Assembly (NCBI GenBank): GCA_031385045.1 | Contig: JANNBC010000052.1 | Span: 64,001 to 128,000, forward strand | Direction: 5' to 3' | DNA: 64,000 nt | DNA from: a bacterium | Lineage (GTDB): Bacteria > Bdellovibrionota_C > UBA2361 > CALJRW01 | Shown here: in pieces, positions 10,327 through 20,706 of the stretch | How positions within the stretch are numbered: position 1 is the first letter of the stretch | Layout: each line of letters starts with the position of its first letter | The notes under the pieces: model-generated | The model's input: only the letters and a program-made list of their open reading frames with translations | What the model was told of the DNA's origin: nothing | Database searches by the model: none | Position numbers and translations under genes: made by a program

Positions 10327-10827
10327 ATGTCATTAAATAAAGTTATAATTTTAGGCAACTTAGGACGTGATCCTGAGCTTCGTTACACTGCTAAACAAGT
10401 TGCAGTTTGTACGATGAGTTTAGCAACGACGGAGAAGCAGAAAGATGCTTCCGGCGCTTGGGTTGATCATACTGAGTGGCATCGTGTTGTTGTTTTTGGA
10501 AAGCAAGGTGAGAATTGCTCTAATTATTTAAAAAAGGGTAGTACTGCTTTAGTTGAAGGAAAACTACGAACAAGTAAATACCAAGATAAAAGCGGACAAG
10601 ATCGTTATTCTACGGATATTATTGCTGATAATGTTAGATTTATTGGTGGTCGTGCTTCTGCTAATTCTAACGCTGGGAATGATTCTTATCAACAGTTTGA
10701 TCAAGGCCCAAGCAACTTCGGTGGTGGGGGTAATAATGCTGCTTTAGCAGGTTTGGCTACCGCTGATGATTTATCAAGTTTTGATCAAGCTGGTGGTAGT
10801 GTCCAAGATGATGATATTCCATTTTAG
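10327..10827 (+). CDS. ssb: Single-stranded DNA-binding protein
   Basis: NKVIILGNLGRDPELRY, TEWHRVV, C-terminal DDDIPF. Confidence 0.98.
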   Translation: MSLNKVIILGNLGRDPELRYTAKQVAVCTMSLATTEKQKDASGAWVDHTEWHRVVVFGKQGENCSNYLKKGSTALVEGKLRTSKYQDKSGQDRYSTDIIADNVRFIGGRASANSNAGNDSYQQFDQGPSNFGGGGNNAALAGLATADDLSSFDQAGGSVQDDDIPF

Positions 10828-10861
10828 TTGATTAGCATTTAGAATAGTAATAGCTTTCTCT

Positions 10862-10906
10862 AATATACATTACCTTTTGGAGAGCTTAAAAGGTAATGTA
10901 TATTTT
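10862..10906 (+). terminator. Stem-loop after ssb, probable intrinsic terminator
   Basis: 17-bp perfect inverted repeat AATATACATTACCTTTT/AAAAGGTAATGTATATT ending in a T run. Confidence 0.6.
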
Positions 10907-10930
10907 GATGTATAAGTTGTTAAGTACTAG

Positions 10931-12916
10931 ATGCCTTTTTCAGAGCCAAACCCAATTAACGATCCCAAGAGCCAATCTAGGCAAGGGGATCTAACAGATC
11001 CTTCCGCCACCTTAGCTCGGATTAGTCCACTACGAAAAGATATCTTTGAATACCTAGATATATTTAGGAAATTCCTAGGAGCTTCGCCGACGCTTAATGT
11101 TTCTTGTTTAACAGCCCATTTAGCAACTTTAGTACTTGTTACTAAAGAAATATCAGCAGAAGATTTTATTTCGCGTTTTATTCCAGCAATGGAGTATTAT
11201 CCAGAGGGTCGAGATACTCTCACTCAAAGTCTTTTTGCCGATCCCATTGAAACTGAAATCCAATTACAAAAATCATTAGAGCTAGCTCTGATTGTGACAG
11301 TTTTAAAAAAAGATCCTGAGGCAATCAATGCCTGCTTGTTCTGCATCGGTCGCTATCTTAAAAATTGTGCCTCAAGTATTCCGACCACAACTGAGGATTC
11401 TTCGCAAACGCAGGTTCCAGATTACGAAGATTTTGTTGATACAATTAAATCTGGCCAGCTAACCAGTCTACGAAGAGTTTTAGCAACTGTGATCCAGGAA
11501 GATCCTGAGCTACTAATTAATGTTGGGTACCATTTAAAAGATTTACCAGAGTTTCAATCGGTTCTCTATCAAGAACTATTATGGGGACTTGTCACAACAA
11601 AAAATCTTAGTCCAAATCAGATTAAATTAGCCAGTATTTTACCAGGAGATGTTTTGGCTTTAAGTCAAATTTTGATTGATCGATATTGTCTCGAGCCGGA
11701 GGAAGTGGATTCAACTACTAAAGAATCAAGTGGTGGATTGTTAGAGCAAGAAGATCAGGATTTAGATTCTGACTCTGGAGGGAATAATGGCGTTGCGGGA
11801 CGAGATATTTGTCGAATGTTTGCCATTGATTTGAAATCTGCATTCATGTGCTTTCAGGCTCGTCATGGCTCGCTAGTACTAAGCATGGATCATTATGACG
11901 AAACTGAATTCGAGGATGACGTTCTAAAGCTTAGTGTTTTATTTATTGCTCGTCTGGGGAGTTTAAAATTCAATCCATATTCTCAGGATTTAATTTTAGC
12001 ACATGAAAGTTTTGTGCGAGCAGAAAAAGATTTTGCTTTTCAGGAGCAGTTCATTAAAAAATTATTACAGTTAAATCAGGTTGGCCAAGCGCAAGGTTAC
12101 TTAAGTGCCATTCGTAAAAATCGCGATCAGATTCTTGCTGATGAACCTTGTTTATTACAAACATTTGCTAGCTTTGTTCAGGCTTACTCTTCTTTTAATA
12201 CTTTAAAGGCAGAGCCTTTTTTAGATCGATTGTTTGATTTGGAAGATTGTTTCGCAGAGCCAAAAGATTTTTTAAAATCAGCAATGATTGCGCTCGAGGA
12301 GTCCTTTAAATTTCCAGCAGTTCAAGATCGATTACTCAAGGAGCTTACTAGGGCGGAGCCGCAGATTAGAGCTCTGATTCCCGCAAGGAGTTATGCCATC
12401 CTAGCTAGGGAGTTATTAATTTTAGAGCGCTATGATGATGCTAGTATGTTAGCTGAATTGGCTGGGGGACTTTCCGCGCTAACTGGTAGATTAATCCATG
12501 CAAATTTAGATGCCAGTTTAAGTTTAAGTCAGAAGGGAAGAAGTGATTCTGCGAAGTTAGCGCTAGAAGATGCTCTGGAGTTAATGGGCATAGACATTAA
12601 TCAACCTAAGATTGATCCGAAGAAATTAGCTGCAACAGAAGGGGATTATTGTTATACAATTAGTAAAATCCTTCGCGTTGCGCTTGACGTTGGTAAAGAT
12701 AGTTTTGCACTAAAGCTACTTGGCTCGATTAAGCAGGCGTTGTATCGGGTTAAGGATTCTCAAATGGCGGCCGAACAAGCTTTAGATTTTCATCATATTG
12801 TTACTGAAGCCTATTTCGATAGTCATGGCTTACTTGGCTCTAAGCTACTTAAGGAGTATTTTTGTATTTATAATGACCTTCAACATCTCTATCAGCGGGG
12901 TGGTTTCTCTGAATAA
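10931..12916 (+). CDS. Hypothetical protein, probably alpha-helical
   Basis: 661-aa ORF; no recognisable motif. Confidence 0.7.
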   Translation: MPFSEPNPINDPKSQSRQGDLTDPSATLARISPLRKDIFEYLDIFRKFLGASPTLNVSCLTAHLATLVLVTKEISAEDFISRFIPAMEYYPEGRDTLTQSLFADPIETEIQLQKSLELALIVTVLKKDPEAINACLFCIGRYLKNCASSIPTTTEDSSQTQVPDYEDFVDTIKSGQLTSLRRVLATVIQEDPELLINVGYHLKDLPEFQSVLYQELLWGLVTTKNLSPNQIKLASILPGDVLALSQILIDRYCLEPEEVDSTTKESSGGLLEQEDQDLDSDSGGNNGVAGRDICRMFAIDLKSAFMCFQARHGSLVLSMDHYDETEFEDDVLKLSVLFIARLGSLKFNPYSQDLILAHESFVRAEKDFAFQEQFIKKLLQLNQVGQAQGYLSAIRKNRDQILADEPCLLQTFASFVQAYSSFNTLKAEPFLDRLFDLEDCFAEPKDFLKSAMIALEESFKFPAVQDRLLKELTRAEPQIRALIPARSYAILARELLILERYDDASMLAELAGGLSALTGRLIHANLDASLSLSQKGRSDSAKLALEDALELMGIDINQPKIDPKKLAATEGDYCYTISKILRVALDVGKDSFALKLLGSIKQALYRVKDSQMAAEQALDFHHIVTEAYFDSHGLLGSKLLKEYFCIYNDLQHLYQRGGFSE

Positions 12917-13156
12917 TCTTGCATGGCATGTCATGCAAGTATATGGCTAGGCGATTCGCTGGTTCTAGCCATCTCCAAAATTACAAAATTTAGATAGTGC
13001 CTGTAAATTCAGGTAGCAAGGTCTTTTTTATTTAGAGATTCAGTCTGATTTTCTTTTCGCTAAGGCTCTAAAATGTTCGCTGGAAATTTTTTTCGGCTTT
13101 GACCAAATAATTTACTTAGTGTAAAAATACCCACAAAAATTCTAATTAAAAAATTA

Positions 13157-13819
13157 ATGTTGGGTTTAATATCTTTAAAATTTCTCCGTAATAATCGCTA
13201 TTATCCATTTGCAATGCTTCTAGTCCTTTTCTGTGGAGCGCTTGTTGGTAATCTCTCTGCCGAAGATGCTGCTGGATATCAGAGTGTCGGGAAAAGAGCT
13301 GGTGTTTGGAATGATGGACAGGCTGCTCTTTGGGATTTGAATATTATCGATCATTTTCACTACTTTGGTCCTGTCGCTCGTGCGCGTGGACATAAGCCAG
13401 AGCAGCCAATTAAGTTCAGTCACGTGACTCACGTCCAAAAAAATAAAATGGAATGTCAGTTTTGTCACTGGACATCAGCCAAGTCACCTTATGCGGCAAT
13501 CCCTGAAGTCCAAACATGTATGGGCTGTCATAGTCTGATTGGCGGAACAACTCCTGAGCAACAAGGGGAGATCGCTAAAATTAAAGATTATTATGCTAAA
13601 GGCGAGCCAATTCCCTGGGCCAAGGTTCACGTTATGCCTGACTATGTGAAGTTCAATCATAAGCGTCACGTTAAGGCGGGAGTAGGTTGTCAAGAATGTC
13701 ATGGGCAAATTCAAGAAATGGAACAAGTTGAAAGAGTATCTTCAATGAAGATGGGTTGGTGTATCGATTGCCATCGGGAAAGAGGTGCTAATATCGATTG
13801 TGCAGTCTGTCACCATTAG
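13157..13819 (+). CDS. actA: Alternative complex III pentaheme cytochrome c subunit
   Basis: Five CxxCH motifs, PEQPIKFSH, SMKMGWC; first gene of the operon; start may be 13214. Confidence 0.92.
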   Translation: MLGLISLKFLRNNRYYPFAMLLVLFCGALVGNLSAEDAAGYQSVGKRAGVWNDGQAALWDLNIIDHFHYFGPVARARGHKPEQPIKFSHVTHVQKNKMECQFCHWTSAKSPYAAIPEVQTCMGCHSLIGGTTPEQQGEIAKIKDYYAKGEPIPWAKVHVMPDYVKFNHKRHVKAGVGCQECHGQIQEMEQVERVSSMKMGWCIDCHRERGANIDCAVCHH

Positions 13820-13840
13820 TTTTTAAAATAAGTCGTAGCA

Positions 13841-16819
13841 ATGCAGAAAAAATCTTTAACGATCCTTGGTCAAAACGAAAATATTGAAAGTGAAGGTCTT
13901 TCCCGAAGAAGCTTTTTAAAAGTCTTGGGAGCCGCTACTGCGACAACGGCAGTTGCTTGCGCCGATAAAGCTGATCAAATAATTTACCCTAACGTCAAAG
14001 GTGACGCCACTCAGATTCCCGGTGTTCCGAGTTGGTATAGTTCTACTTGTACTCAGTGTGATGCAGGTTGTGGAGTAAACTATAAAACTTACGAAGGTCG
14101 GGTTACGATTGTTGAAGGTAATAAAAGTCACCCAATTAACAAAGGTGGTTTGTGTGCTATTGGACATTCTGCCCTTCAAGATCATTACGATCCAGATCGT
14201 GTTCGTCAGCCGTTAGAAAAAGATTCTAATGGTGTTTTTCAACCAATTACTTGGAAAGCAGCTTATACAAAAATTAAGCAAGCGATGGTTGATAATTCAA
14301 AGCGTGCCTTTTTAACTAAGCCTTTAAATGGGAGCTTGGAAAAACTTGTAGCTGAGTGGTCAAAGGATGTTGGTGTTGAGCATTATACTTATGAGCCATT
14401 AGATTACTCGCAGTTGGCGAAAGCAACTGCTGCTGTTTATGGTGCTAATTATAATGGAGTTCCTCATTATGACTTCTCTAAGGCTGAAGTTGTTGTAAAC
14501 TTTGGTGCTGATTTCTTAGAAACTTGGATCTCCCCATGTGAATTCTCCAGAGACTGGGCTAAGTCTAGAAAATCTAAAAAACCAGTTCGTGTTTTTCAAG
14601 TTGAGCCACGCCTGTCGCTAACAGGTGCTAATGCCGATCATCATTTAAAATGTAAGCCTGGCACGGAATTATTAATTGCTAAGGCAATCTTAAAAGAATT
14701 ACTGTCTCGAGGTAAAAATAATTTACCAGCTAGCTTGTTAGGTGAATTAGAAGTTTCTCTAGCTGGAATATCAATTGATGTTGTTGCTAAGCTTTCTAAT
14801 CTGAAAATTGAAAAAATTGTTAGCGCGGCTCAGAGACTAGCGGAAGCTAAGACTTCCTTGGTGATTGCTGGTGGCGCAAGTGCTAAAACAAATAATGAAT
14901 ACGATTTACAAGTTGTTTGTGCCTTAATTAACCGAGTTCTTGGTAACGTCGGTCAGACAATTAATCTTGATCGACTTCGAGCAGTAAAAAGTGATTTCCA
15001 GAAAGTTAAATCATTAATCGCGGAAATTAACGATAACAAATACTCCGTCTTGTTTGTTGATGGGTCTAATCCACTTTTTACAATTCCTTCTGATTATAAA
15101 TTTGGATTAGCGATTAAGAAGTTAGATTTAGTTGTGAGTTTTGCTTCACATTTAGATGAAACAACTAAAGAAGCTAATTTAGTTCTTCCAGCTTCTAGTA
15201 GTATCGAGTCTTGGGGCGATCATCAGCCATATGTTGGGGTAAATAGTTTAGTACAGCCAGCAATGACACCGGTTTTTGATACTGTTAGCCTAGGCGACAT
15301 GCTTTTAAAGCTAACAACAAATGAAGCTCTCAAGAAATTTCCTGAGTTTCAAGATTATTTAAAAGCGCAGTGGCAGCAGGTTCATGCTAGTGCTGGTGTT
15401 GCTGAAAACTTTGAAACTTTTTGGAAGAAATCTTTAGAGCGTGGTGGATATTTTGCTGAGCAAAAATCTGTTGCTCAATTGGGTGCTCTTGGGGCAGTAA
15501 TTGTTACGGCCAAGTTAGATATGGCAAGCTTTGATAGCACTAAGATTCAGCAAAAATCTGACTTAGTTTTACTTCCCTATGCGTCAGTTAAAACTTTTGA
15601 TGGTCGCGCTGCTAACCGTCCATGGATGCAAGAATTACCAGATCCAATTACAAAAATTGCTTGGGATACTTGGGCAGAAATTAATACCAAAACTGCGGAA
15701 GCTAAGAAGATCAAGACGGGTGATCTTGTTAAGATTAGTAACTACTATGGCGAACTTAATGTTCCAGCTTATGTTACTGATCACGTAGATGAGAACGTTA
15801 TTGCTGTTCCGCTTGGTAACGGACATAGTGATTTTGGACGCTATGCTAGTTCTGTCGGGGGTGGAAACGTTTACAATTTAATTCCAAGCGATAAGGCTGA
15901 TCATTTACAACTTTTCACTGCGCATGTTGAGTTAAAGCGTGCACTTGGGAAGCGCAAGGTCGCTAATACTCAGGATGTAAAAGATAGTGATAAACAAGGG
16001 GATCGTGGGATTGCCCGGACAACTTATATCGAAACTAAAGTTCCTGGTGAGCATAAAGAGAATCATGAAGAGCATGGCGCCCACCACGAGCCAGAGCAAA
16101 TGTATATTCAGCGTGAGCACCCACTTTATCAATGGGGTATGGTTGTTGATTTAGCTGCATGTACTGGTTGTTCAGCTTGCGTTACAGCTTGTTATGCTGA
16201 GAATAATATTCCCACAGTGGGTCGTAAGATTATGACTGAAGGGCGAGAGATGTCTTGGTTACGACTAGAAAGATATGATGATGGTACTTCCGAAGATCTG
16301 CAAATCAGTTTCATTCCTGCAATGTGCCAGCATTGTCAAAATGCTCCATGCGAACCAGTTTGCCCAGTCTACGCGACTTATCATAATGAAGATGGACTAA
16401 ATGTTATGGTTTATAACCGTTGTGTTGGTACAAGGTATTGCGCCAATAACTGTGTTTATAAACAAAGACGATTTAACTGGTATGAATATGAATTACCAGA
16501 GCCCTTAGATATGCAGCTTAACCCAGAAGTAATGAAACGTGTTGCTGGGGTAATGGAGAAGTGTAGTTTCTGCGTTCACAGAATTAAAGATGCTAAAGAT
16601 CATGCTAAGGATGAAGGACGTTTAGTTGCCGATGGCGAAGTTCAGCCGGCTTGCGTTAAATCTTGTCCAACTGAAGCTTTAGTTTTTGGTGATTTAAACG
16701 ATCCAAATTCTAGAGTTAGCAAGTTAGCGAAACATGAACGGGCCTATAAAATCCTAGATCATCATTTGAACACTCAACCATCGGTTAGTTATTTAGATAA
16801 TTTAAAATATAAAGCGTAA
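13841..16819 (+). CDS. actB: ACIII subunit B (molybdopterin-oxidoreductase-like domain plus Fe-S domain)
   Basis: Tat signal SRRSFLK with lipobox-like AVAC; C-terminal CTGCSAC, CQHCQNAPC, CVGTRYC and EKCSFC motifs. Confidence 0.95.
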   Translation: MQKKSLTILGQNENIESEGLSRRSFLKVLGAATATTAVACADKADQIIYPNVKGDATQIPGVPSWYSSTCTQCDAGCGVNYKTYEGRVTIVEGNKSHPINKGGLCAIGHSALQDHYDPDRVRQPLEKDSNGVFQPITWKAAYTKIKQAMVDNSKRAFLTKPLNGSLEKLVAEWSKDVGVEHYTYEPLDYSQLAKATAAVYGANYNGVPHYDFSKAEVVVNFGADFLETWISPCEFSRDWAKSRKSKKPVRVFQVEPRLSLTGANADHHLKCKPGTELLIAKAILKELLSRGKNNLPASLLGELEVSLAGISIDVVAKLSNLKIEKIVSAAQRLAEAKTSLVIAGGASAKTNNEYDLQVVCALINRVLGNVGQTINLDRLRAVKSDFQKVKSLIAEINDNKYSVLFVDGSNPLFTIPSDYKFGLAIKKLDLVVSFASHLDETTKEANLVLPASSSIESWGDHQPYVGVNSLVQPAMTPVFDTVSLGDMLLKLTTNEALKKFPEFQDYLKAQWQQVHASAGVAENFETFWKKSLERGGYFAEQKSVAQLGALGAVIVTAKLDMASFDSTKIQQKSDLVLLPYASVKTFDGRAANRPWMQELPDPITKIAWDTWAEINTKTAEAKKIKTGDLVKISNYYGELNVPAYVTDHVDENVIAVPLGNGHSDFGRYASSVGGGNVYNLIPSDKADHLQLFTAHVELKRALGKRKVANTQDVKDSDKQGDRGIARTTYIETKVPGEHKENHEEHGAHHEPEQMYIQREHPLYQWGMVVDLAACTGCSACVTACYAENNIPTVGRKIMTEGREMSWLRLERYDDGTSEDLQISFIPAMCQHCQNAPCEPVCPVYATYHNEDGLNVMVYNRCVGTRYCANNCVYKQRRFNWYEYELPEPLDMQLNPEVMKRVAGVMEKCSFCVHRIKDAKDHAKDEGRLVADGEVQPACVKSCPTEALVFGDLNDPNSRVSKLAKHERAYKILDHHLNTQPSVSYLDNLKYKA

Positions 16820-18180
16820 TGAGTACGGAAGTTACAAAATATAGTGGGGACGTCACTTATCATGAAGTGAACGAAACTGTACTAAGCATGTTGGAAAAAC
16901 CAACATTTGGCTGGTATGTGCTTTTACTAACTTGTATTTGCACTTGGGTCATGGGGTTTGGTTGTTGGATCTCGATGATGATTTATGGTTTAGGGATGAC
17001 TGGTTTATCTCACCCAATTATGTGGGGGGTTTATATTACTAACTTCGTATTTTGGGTTGGTATTGCTCACTCTGGAACTCTCATTTCAGCAGTACTCTAT
17101 TTGTTCCGTGCAAAATTCCGTCAGCCGATTTATAGATTAGCTGAAGCAATGACAGTGTTTGCAGTAATGACTGCTGGATTATTTCCAATTATTCACGTTG
17201 GTCGACCTTGGTATGCTTATTGGTTAATGCCGGTTCCCAATGAAAGAGCCTTGTGGCCAAACTTTAAGTCACCGCTGCTTTGGGACGTATTTGCTGTATC
17301 AACTTATTTTACTGTATCAACTACTTTCTTTATTGTTGGTTTGATTCCTGATATTGCCTCTGCTCGTGATAAAGCAACATCCAAGTTTCGCAAATTACTT
17401 TATGGGATAACCTCTCTTGGTTGGACAGGAAATGCTAAGCAGTACAAAAACTATGTTGCCGCTTATTTAATTTTTGCTGCTTTAGCTACTCCGCTAGTAG
17501 TATCAGTGCACTCTGTTGTGAGCTGGGATTTCGCGATGAGTATTATCCCTGGTTGGCACGCAACGATTTTCCCGCCGTACTTCGTAGCAGGGGCTATTTT
17601 CTCAGGGGTGGCGATGGTAATTACCTTGGTAATTCCACTTCGTAAAGTTTTTAAATTAGAGCGAATCATTACTGATTTTCACTTTGATGCCATGTGTAAG
17701 TTAATTCTACTTACTAGTGGGGTTGTAACTTATGCTTATGTAACTGAGTTTTATGTTGCCTGGTTTAGTAACAACATGTTTGAAAGATACCAGTTTTGGT
17801 TCCGACCATTTGGCGAGTTTAAGTTGGCCTTCTGGGGGATGGCTTTCTGTAACTGTATGGCGCCATTAACACTTTGGTATAAGCCATTTCGTACAAACAT
17901 TGCCTACCTCTTTGTAATGTCAATTATTATTAACATCGGAATGTGGTTAGAGCGTTTTAATATTATCTTTACATCTCTTGCTAGAGATTTTATTCCAGCC
18001 GCTTGGGGTGGATACAATTTCTCCTGGATCGACGTTGGAATTACAATTGGTGCTTTTGGTTGGTTTGGAATGTGGATGACATTGTTCATTAAGTTCTTTC
18101 CATCAATTGCCATTGTTGAAGTGAAAGAGGTGATTGAGGCACCAGTTCGCGATCCGCATTCCTCAGTTCATCATCATTAG
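16819..18180 (+). CDS. actC: ACIII subunit C (NrfD/PsrC family quinol-binding membrane subunit)
   Basis: NFVFWVGIAHSGTLISA, HVGRPW, SPLLWD, SVHSVVSWDFA, GMWLERF. Confidence 0.95.
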   Translation: MSTEVTKYSGDVTYHEVNETVLSMLEKPTFGWYVLLLTCICTWVMGFGCWISMMIYGLGMTGLSHPIMWGVYITNFVFWVGIAHSGTLISAVLYLFRAKFRQPIYRLAEAMTVFAVMTAGLFPIIHVGRPWYAYWLMPVPNERALWPNFKSPLLWDVFAVSTYFTVSTTFFIVGLIPDIASARDKATSKFRKLLYGITSLGWTGNAKQYKNYVAAYLIFAALATPLVVSVHSVVSWDFAMSIIPGWHATIFPPYFVAGAIFSGVAMVITLVIPLRKVFKLERIITDFHFDAMCKLILLTSGVVTYAYVTEFYVAWFSNNMFERYQFWFRPFGEFKLAFWGMAFCNCMAPLTLWYKPFRTNIAYLFVMSIIINIGMWLERFNIIFTSLARDFIPAAWGGYNFSWIDVGITIGAFGWFGMWMTLFIKFFPSIAIVEVKEVIEAPVRDPHSSVHHH

Positions 18181-18188
18181 GAAGAATT

Positions 18189-18701
18189 ATGAAAGGTCAA
18201 AAAGTAGTTGTCGGAGTTTTTACATATTTGGATGATGCCCTAAAAGGTATTCAAGTAGCCAAAGATAATGATAAAGATTATCAAGTTTACGCACCAACTT
18301 ATGTTCCAGCATTAGTACATGCTGTTGATTCCAAGCGCAGTAAGATCGCCATGATCTCACTGACTGGTGGTATTTGTGGATTAATTGCTGGCTTTGCTTT
18401 AGCGATATTAACAGGGCTTGATTGGCCAATGCGAGTTAGTGCTAAGAATATTGTTTCTATTCCAGCATATATTGTTGTTGGTTATGAGTGGACAATTTTA
18501 TGGGGAGCACTTTTTACCTTAAATGGAATGCTCTTACTTTGTCGGATTCCTAATCCTTTTCGCAAGGTTGGGTATGATCCAAGATTTTCTGATGATAAGT
18601 ATGGTGTTGTGATCGGGTGTGAGCCTGACCAAGTAGACCAGATTAAAGAGAAATTAGCCCACACTGGTGCTGATGAAGTAATGGTAAAAGAAGGTTTATA
18701 G
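18189..18701 (+). CDS. actD: ACIII subunit D (DUF3341)
   Basis: Two TM helices, DWPM and YDPRFSDDKY motifs, operon position. Confidence 0.9.
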   Translation: MKGQKVVVGVFTYLDDALKGIQVAKDNDKDYQVYAPTYVPALVHAVDSKRSKIAMISLTGGICGLIAGFALAILTGLDWPMRVSAKNIVSIPAYIVVGYEWTILWGALFTLNGMLLLCRIPNPFRKVGYDPRFSDDKYGVVIGCEPDQVDQIKEKLAHTGADEVMVKEGL

Positions 18702-18702
18702 T

Positions 18703-19209
18703 ATGAAGATAAAACTACTCGTTTCCCTTTTGTTAAGCAGTTTGTGCGCAATCAATTTTGCCTCAGCCTTACCGTTTAACGATGATATGGTTGATAATCA
18801 GATTACAACTGGACAAATCATGCGTCCGCAACCAAAAGGGTCTGTATCTAAAGGATCTTTGGAATATAAAGTTGATAGCAAAGAGGCAGCACAAGCCTTG
18901 ACTAATCCTGTTCCATTAACAAAAGCTTCAGTTTTAAGAGGAAAGCGATTATTTGAAGTGAACTGTGCGGCCTGTCATGGTGTGATTGGTAAAGTTCATC
19001 AACCATCGGTTGCTGGCCCATTGTTAGGGGCTCCAAATTTAGGAGATCCACTTTATCATGATCGCACGGAAGGAAGCATTTATAGCACGATCCATTTTGG
19101 AAATGTAATTATGTATCCTGTTGGTTGGAAGCTTTCTAGCGCTGAAACTTGGGACATCATCAATTATGTTCGCAATGTACAACAAGAAAAAATTTCTCTG
19201 GAAGATTAA
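18703..19209 (+). CDS. actE: ACIII subunit E, monoheme cytochrome c
   Basis: Signal peptide, DM.....MRPQPKGSV, CAACHG, distal Met, WDIINYVR. Confidence 0.88.
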   Translation: MKIKLLVSLLLSSLCAINFASALPFNDDMVDNQITTGQIMRPQPKGSVSKGSLEYKVDSKEAAQALTNPVPLTKASVLRGKRLFEVNCAACHGVIGKVHQPSVAGPLLGAPNLGDPLYHDRTEGSIYSTIHFGNVIMYPVGWKLSSAETWDIINYVRNVQQEKISLED

Positions 19210-19222
19210 GGAATAACTCAAT

Positions 19223-20512
19223 ATGTCACATGCTAATTACGTTAAAGTAAATATCGAAGAAGTCTTAGCTACTAAACCAATTGCTTTCTCTAAAAGATTA
19301 AGATTGTTTTTCTCGATTGCCCTAACAATCGGAATCGTTGTTTTTTCTGCCGGATTATTGTTCGCTGATAAAAAACACTTTTGGGGTGTTTTCTATGTAA
19401 ATACTCTGTTTTGGCTGGGACTCAGCTTTGGTGGTCTAGTCGCCGTGTTAATTTTTCAGATTGTGCGAGCCAAATGGTCAGCAACTTTGCGTCGACTTTG
19501 TGAAGCAAATATTGCTTTCGTACCTTATGCCTTTCTTTGCCTACTGACTACTTATATTGGGCGAGAATATTTATTTCCATGGGCTACAAAACCAATGCCG
19601 GGACGAGAGTTGTGGATGGATCCAACTTTTGTTTATTGCCGTTTTGCGATCATGTTTGGTTTGTTGATTGTTGTTTTTAAATACTATGTAAATGAAATGC
19701 TTCGTAATGATGCTGGCTTCATTAGTGAACATCCTCAGTATAAAAAGAATTGGGCTTCAGCCTTAACCCCAGCATTTCTAAAAAACTGGAAAGGTTCTGA
19801 GCAAGAAATTAAGCCAACTCAAAGAAAACTAAATCGCATGGCTCCAGTTATGGTTTTCATGTATGTAGTTATTTACTCCTTGTTTGCCTTCGAAATGATC
19901 ATGGGTATGGATACTGTTTGGTATTCCAACATGTTTGGTGGTTTTAATTTTGTTGGTAATATCTCCATGGGCTGGGCGGTATTAGCAATCAGCATTTTTT
20001 ATCACTCCAGTTTAAATAAAGATTTCGCTAAAGTTGTTAATAAAGATCAGCTTTGGGATTTAGGGAAACTACAATTAGGATTTACGATCCTTTGGGGATA
20101 CTTATTTCTTAGTCAGTATTTGCCTCAGTGGTATGGTAACTTACCAGAAGAAACTGCTTGGATGTTAACTCGAGTACGAGGAACTTGGATGCCACTTAGC
20201 TACTTTGTTTTTTCTTGTTGCTTCATTATTCCTTTTGTTATGCTTCTTAGTGAAGATATTAAAAAGACTCGATGGGCATACTTAACTACAGTAACTATCA
20301 TCTTAATTGGTTATTGGTTTGAAAAATATGTTGTGGTTATGCCGCAATTATTTCCAAATGAAATTCCACTTGGTCGAAGCTATGGGACACTTGAGATTGG
20401 CTTATTTTTAGGCTTCTTAGGTGCTTATGGGCTTTGTATCCAGAGTTTTCTTGCTAAATTCCCTTATATCGCGGTTTCGCATCCACTTACTAAGGGATCT
20501 ACGGAGTGGTAG
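19223..20512 (+). CDS. actF: ACIII subunit F (NrfD-like membrane subunit)
   Basis: AKWS..LRRL.E, WYSNMFG, DLGKL, SQYLPQWYGNLPEE. Confidence 0.92.
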   Translation: MSHANYVKVNIEEVLATKPIAFSKRLRLFFSIALTIGIVVFSAGLLFADKKHFWGVFYVNTLFWLGLSFGGLVAVLIFQIVRAKWSATLRRLCEANIAFVPYAFLCLLTTYIGREYLFPWATKPMPGRELWMDPTFVYCRFAIMFGLLIVVFKYYVNEMLRNDAGFISEHPQYKKNWASALTPAFLKNWKGSEQEIKPTQRKLNRMAPVMVFMYVVIYSLFAFEMIMGMDTVWYSNMFGGFNFVGNISMGWAVLAISIFYHSSLNKDFAKVVNKDQLWDLGKLQLGFTILWGYLFLSQYLPQWYGNLPEETAWMLTRVRGTWMPLSYFVFSCCFIIPFVMLLSEDIKKTRWAYLTTVTIILIGYWFEKYVVVMPQLFPNEIPLGRSYGTLEIGLFLGFLGAYGLCIQSFLAKFPYIAVSHPLTKGSTEW

Positions 20513-20568
20513 ATATTTAAAGGCCTTTTGGTGTTTCTGCAACTCGCTAAACTCCTTAAGAGGACAGT

Positions 20569-20628
20569 GTCCGCCTTCGCTTCCCCCCCCCCCGTTAAAG
20601 TTAGGAAGGATAAGAACGCTACGGCGTG
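20569..20628. repeat. Degenerate nested REP-like palindromic element
   Basis: GTCCGCCTTCGCT-[TCC..CGTTAAAGTTAGGAAGGATAAG]-AACGCTACGGCG; same architecture as 60834-60891. Confidence 0.55.
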
Positions 20629-20629
20629 A

Positions 20630-20650
20630 TGCAGTCCCTAGGGGACTGCA
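20630..20650. terminator. GC-rich hairpin downstream of actF
   Basis: 9-bp stem TGCAGTCCC/GGGACTGCA; weak T tail. Confidence 0.4.
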
Positions 20651-20706
20651 CTTGATCAGAAACTAATAATTTGTTATAAAAACGACCTCTTTTTAAAAGT
20701 AATAAT

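Noticed and set aside
13841..16819. Molybdoenzyme (nitrate, polysulfide or formate reductase)
   Set aside because: The fused Fe-S domain and actACDEF context identify it as ActB
20421..20666. 81-aa ORF with poly-Pro; the 11-C tract as a phase-variation site
   Set aside because: It overlaps actF and the palindromic element; the C run is intergenic and inside the degenerate repeat
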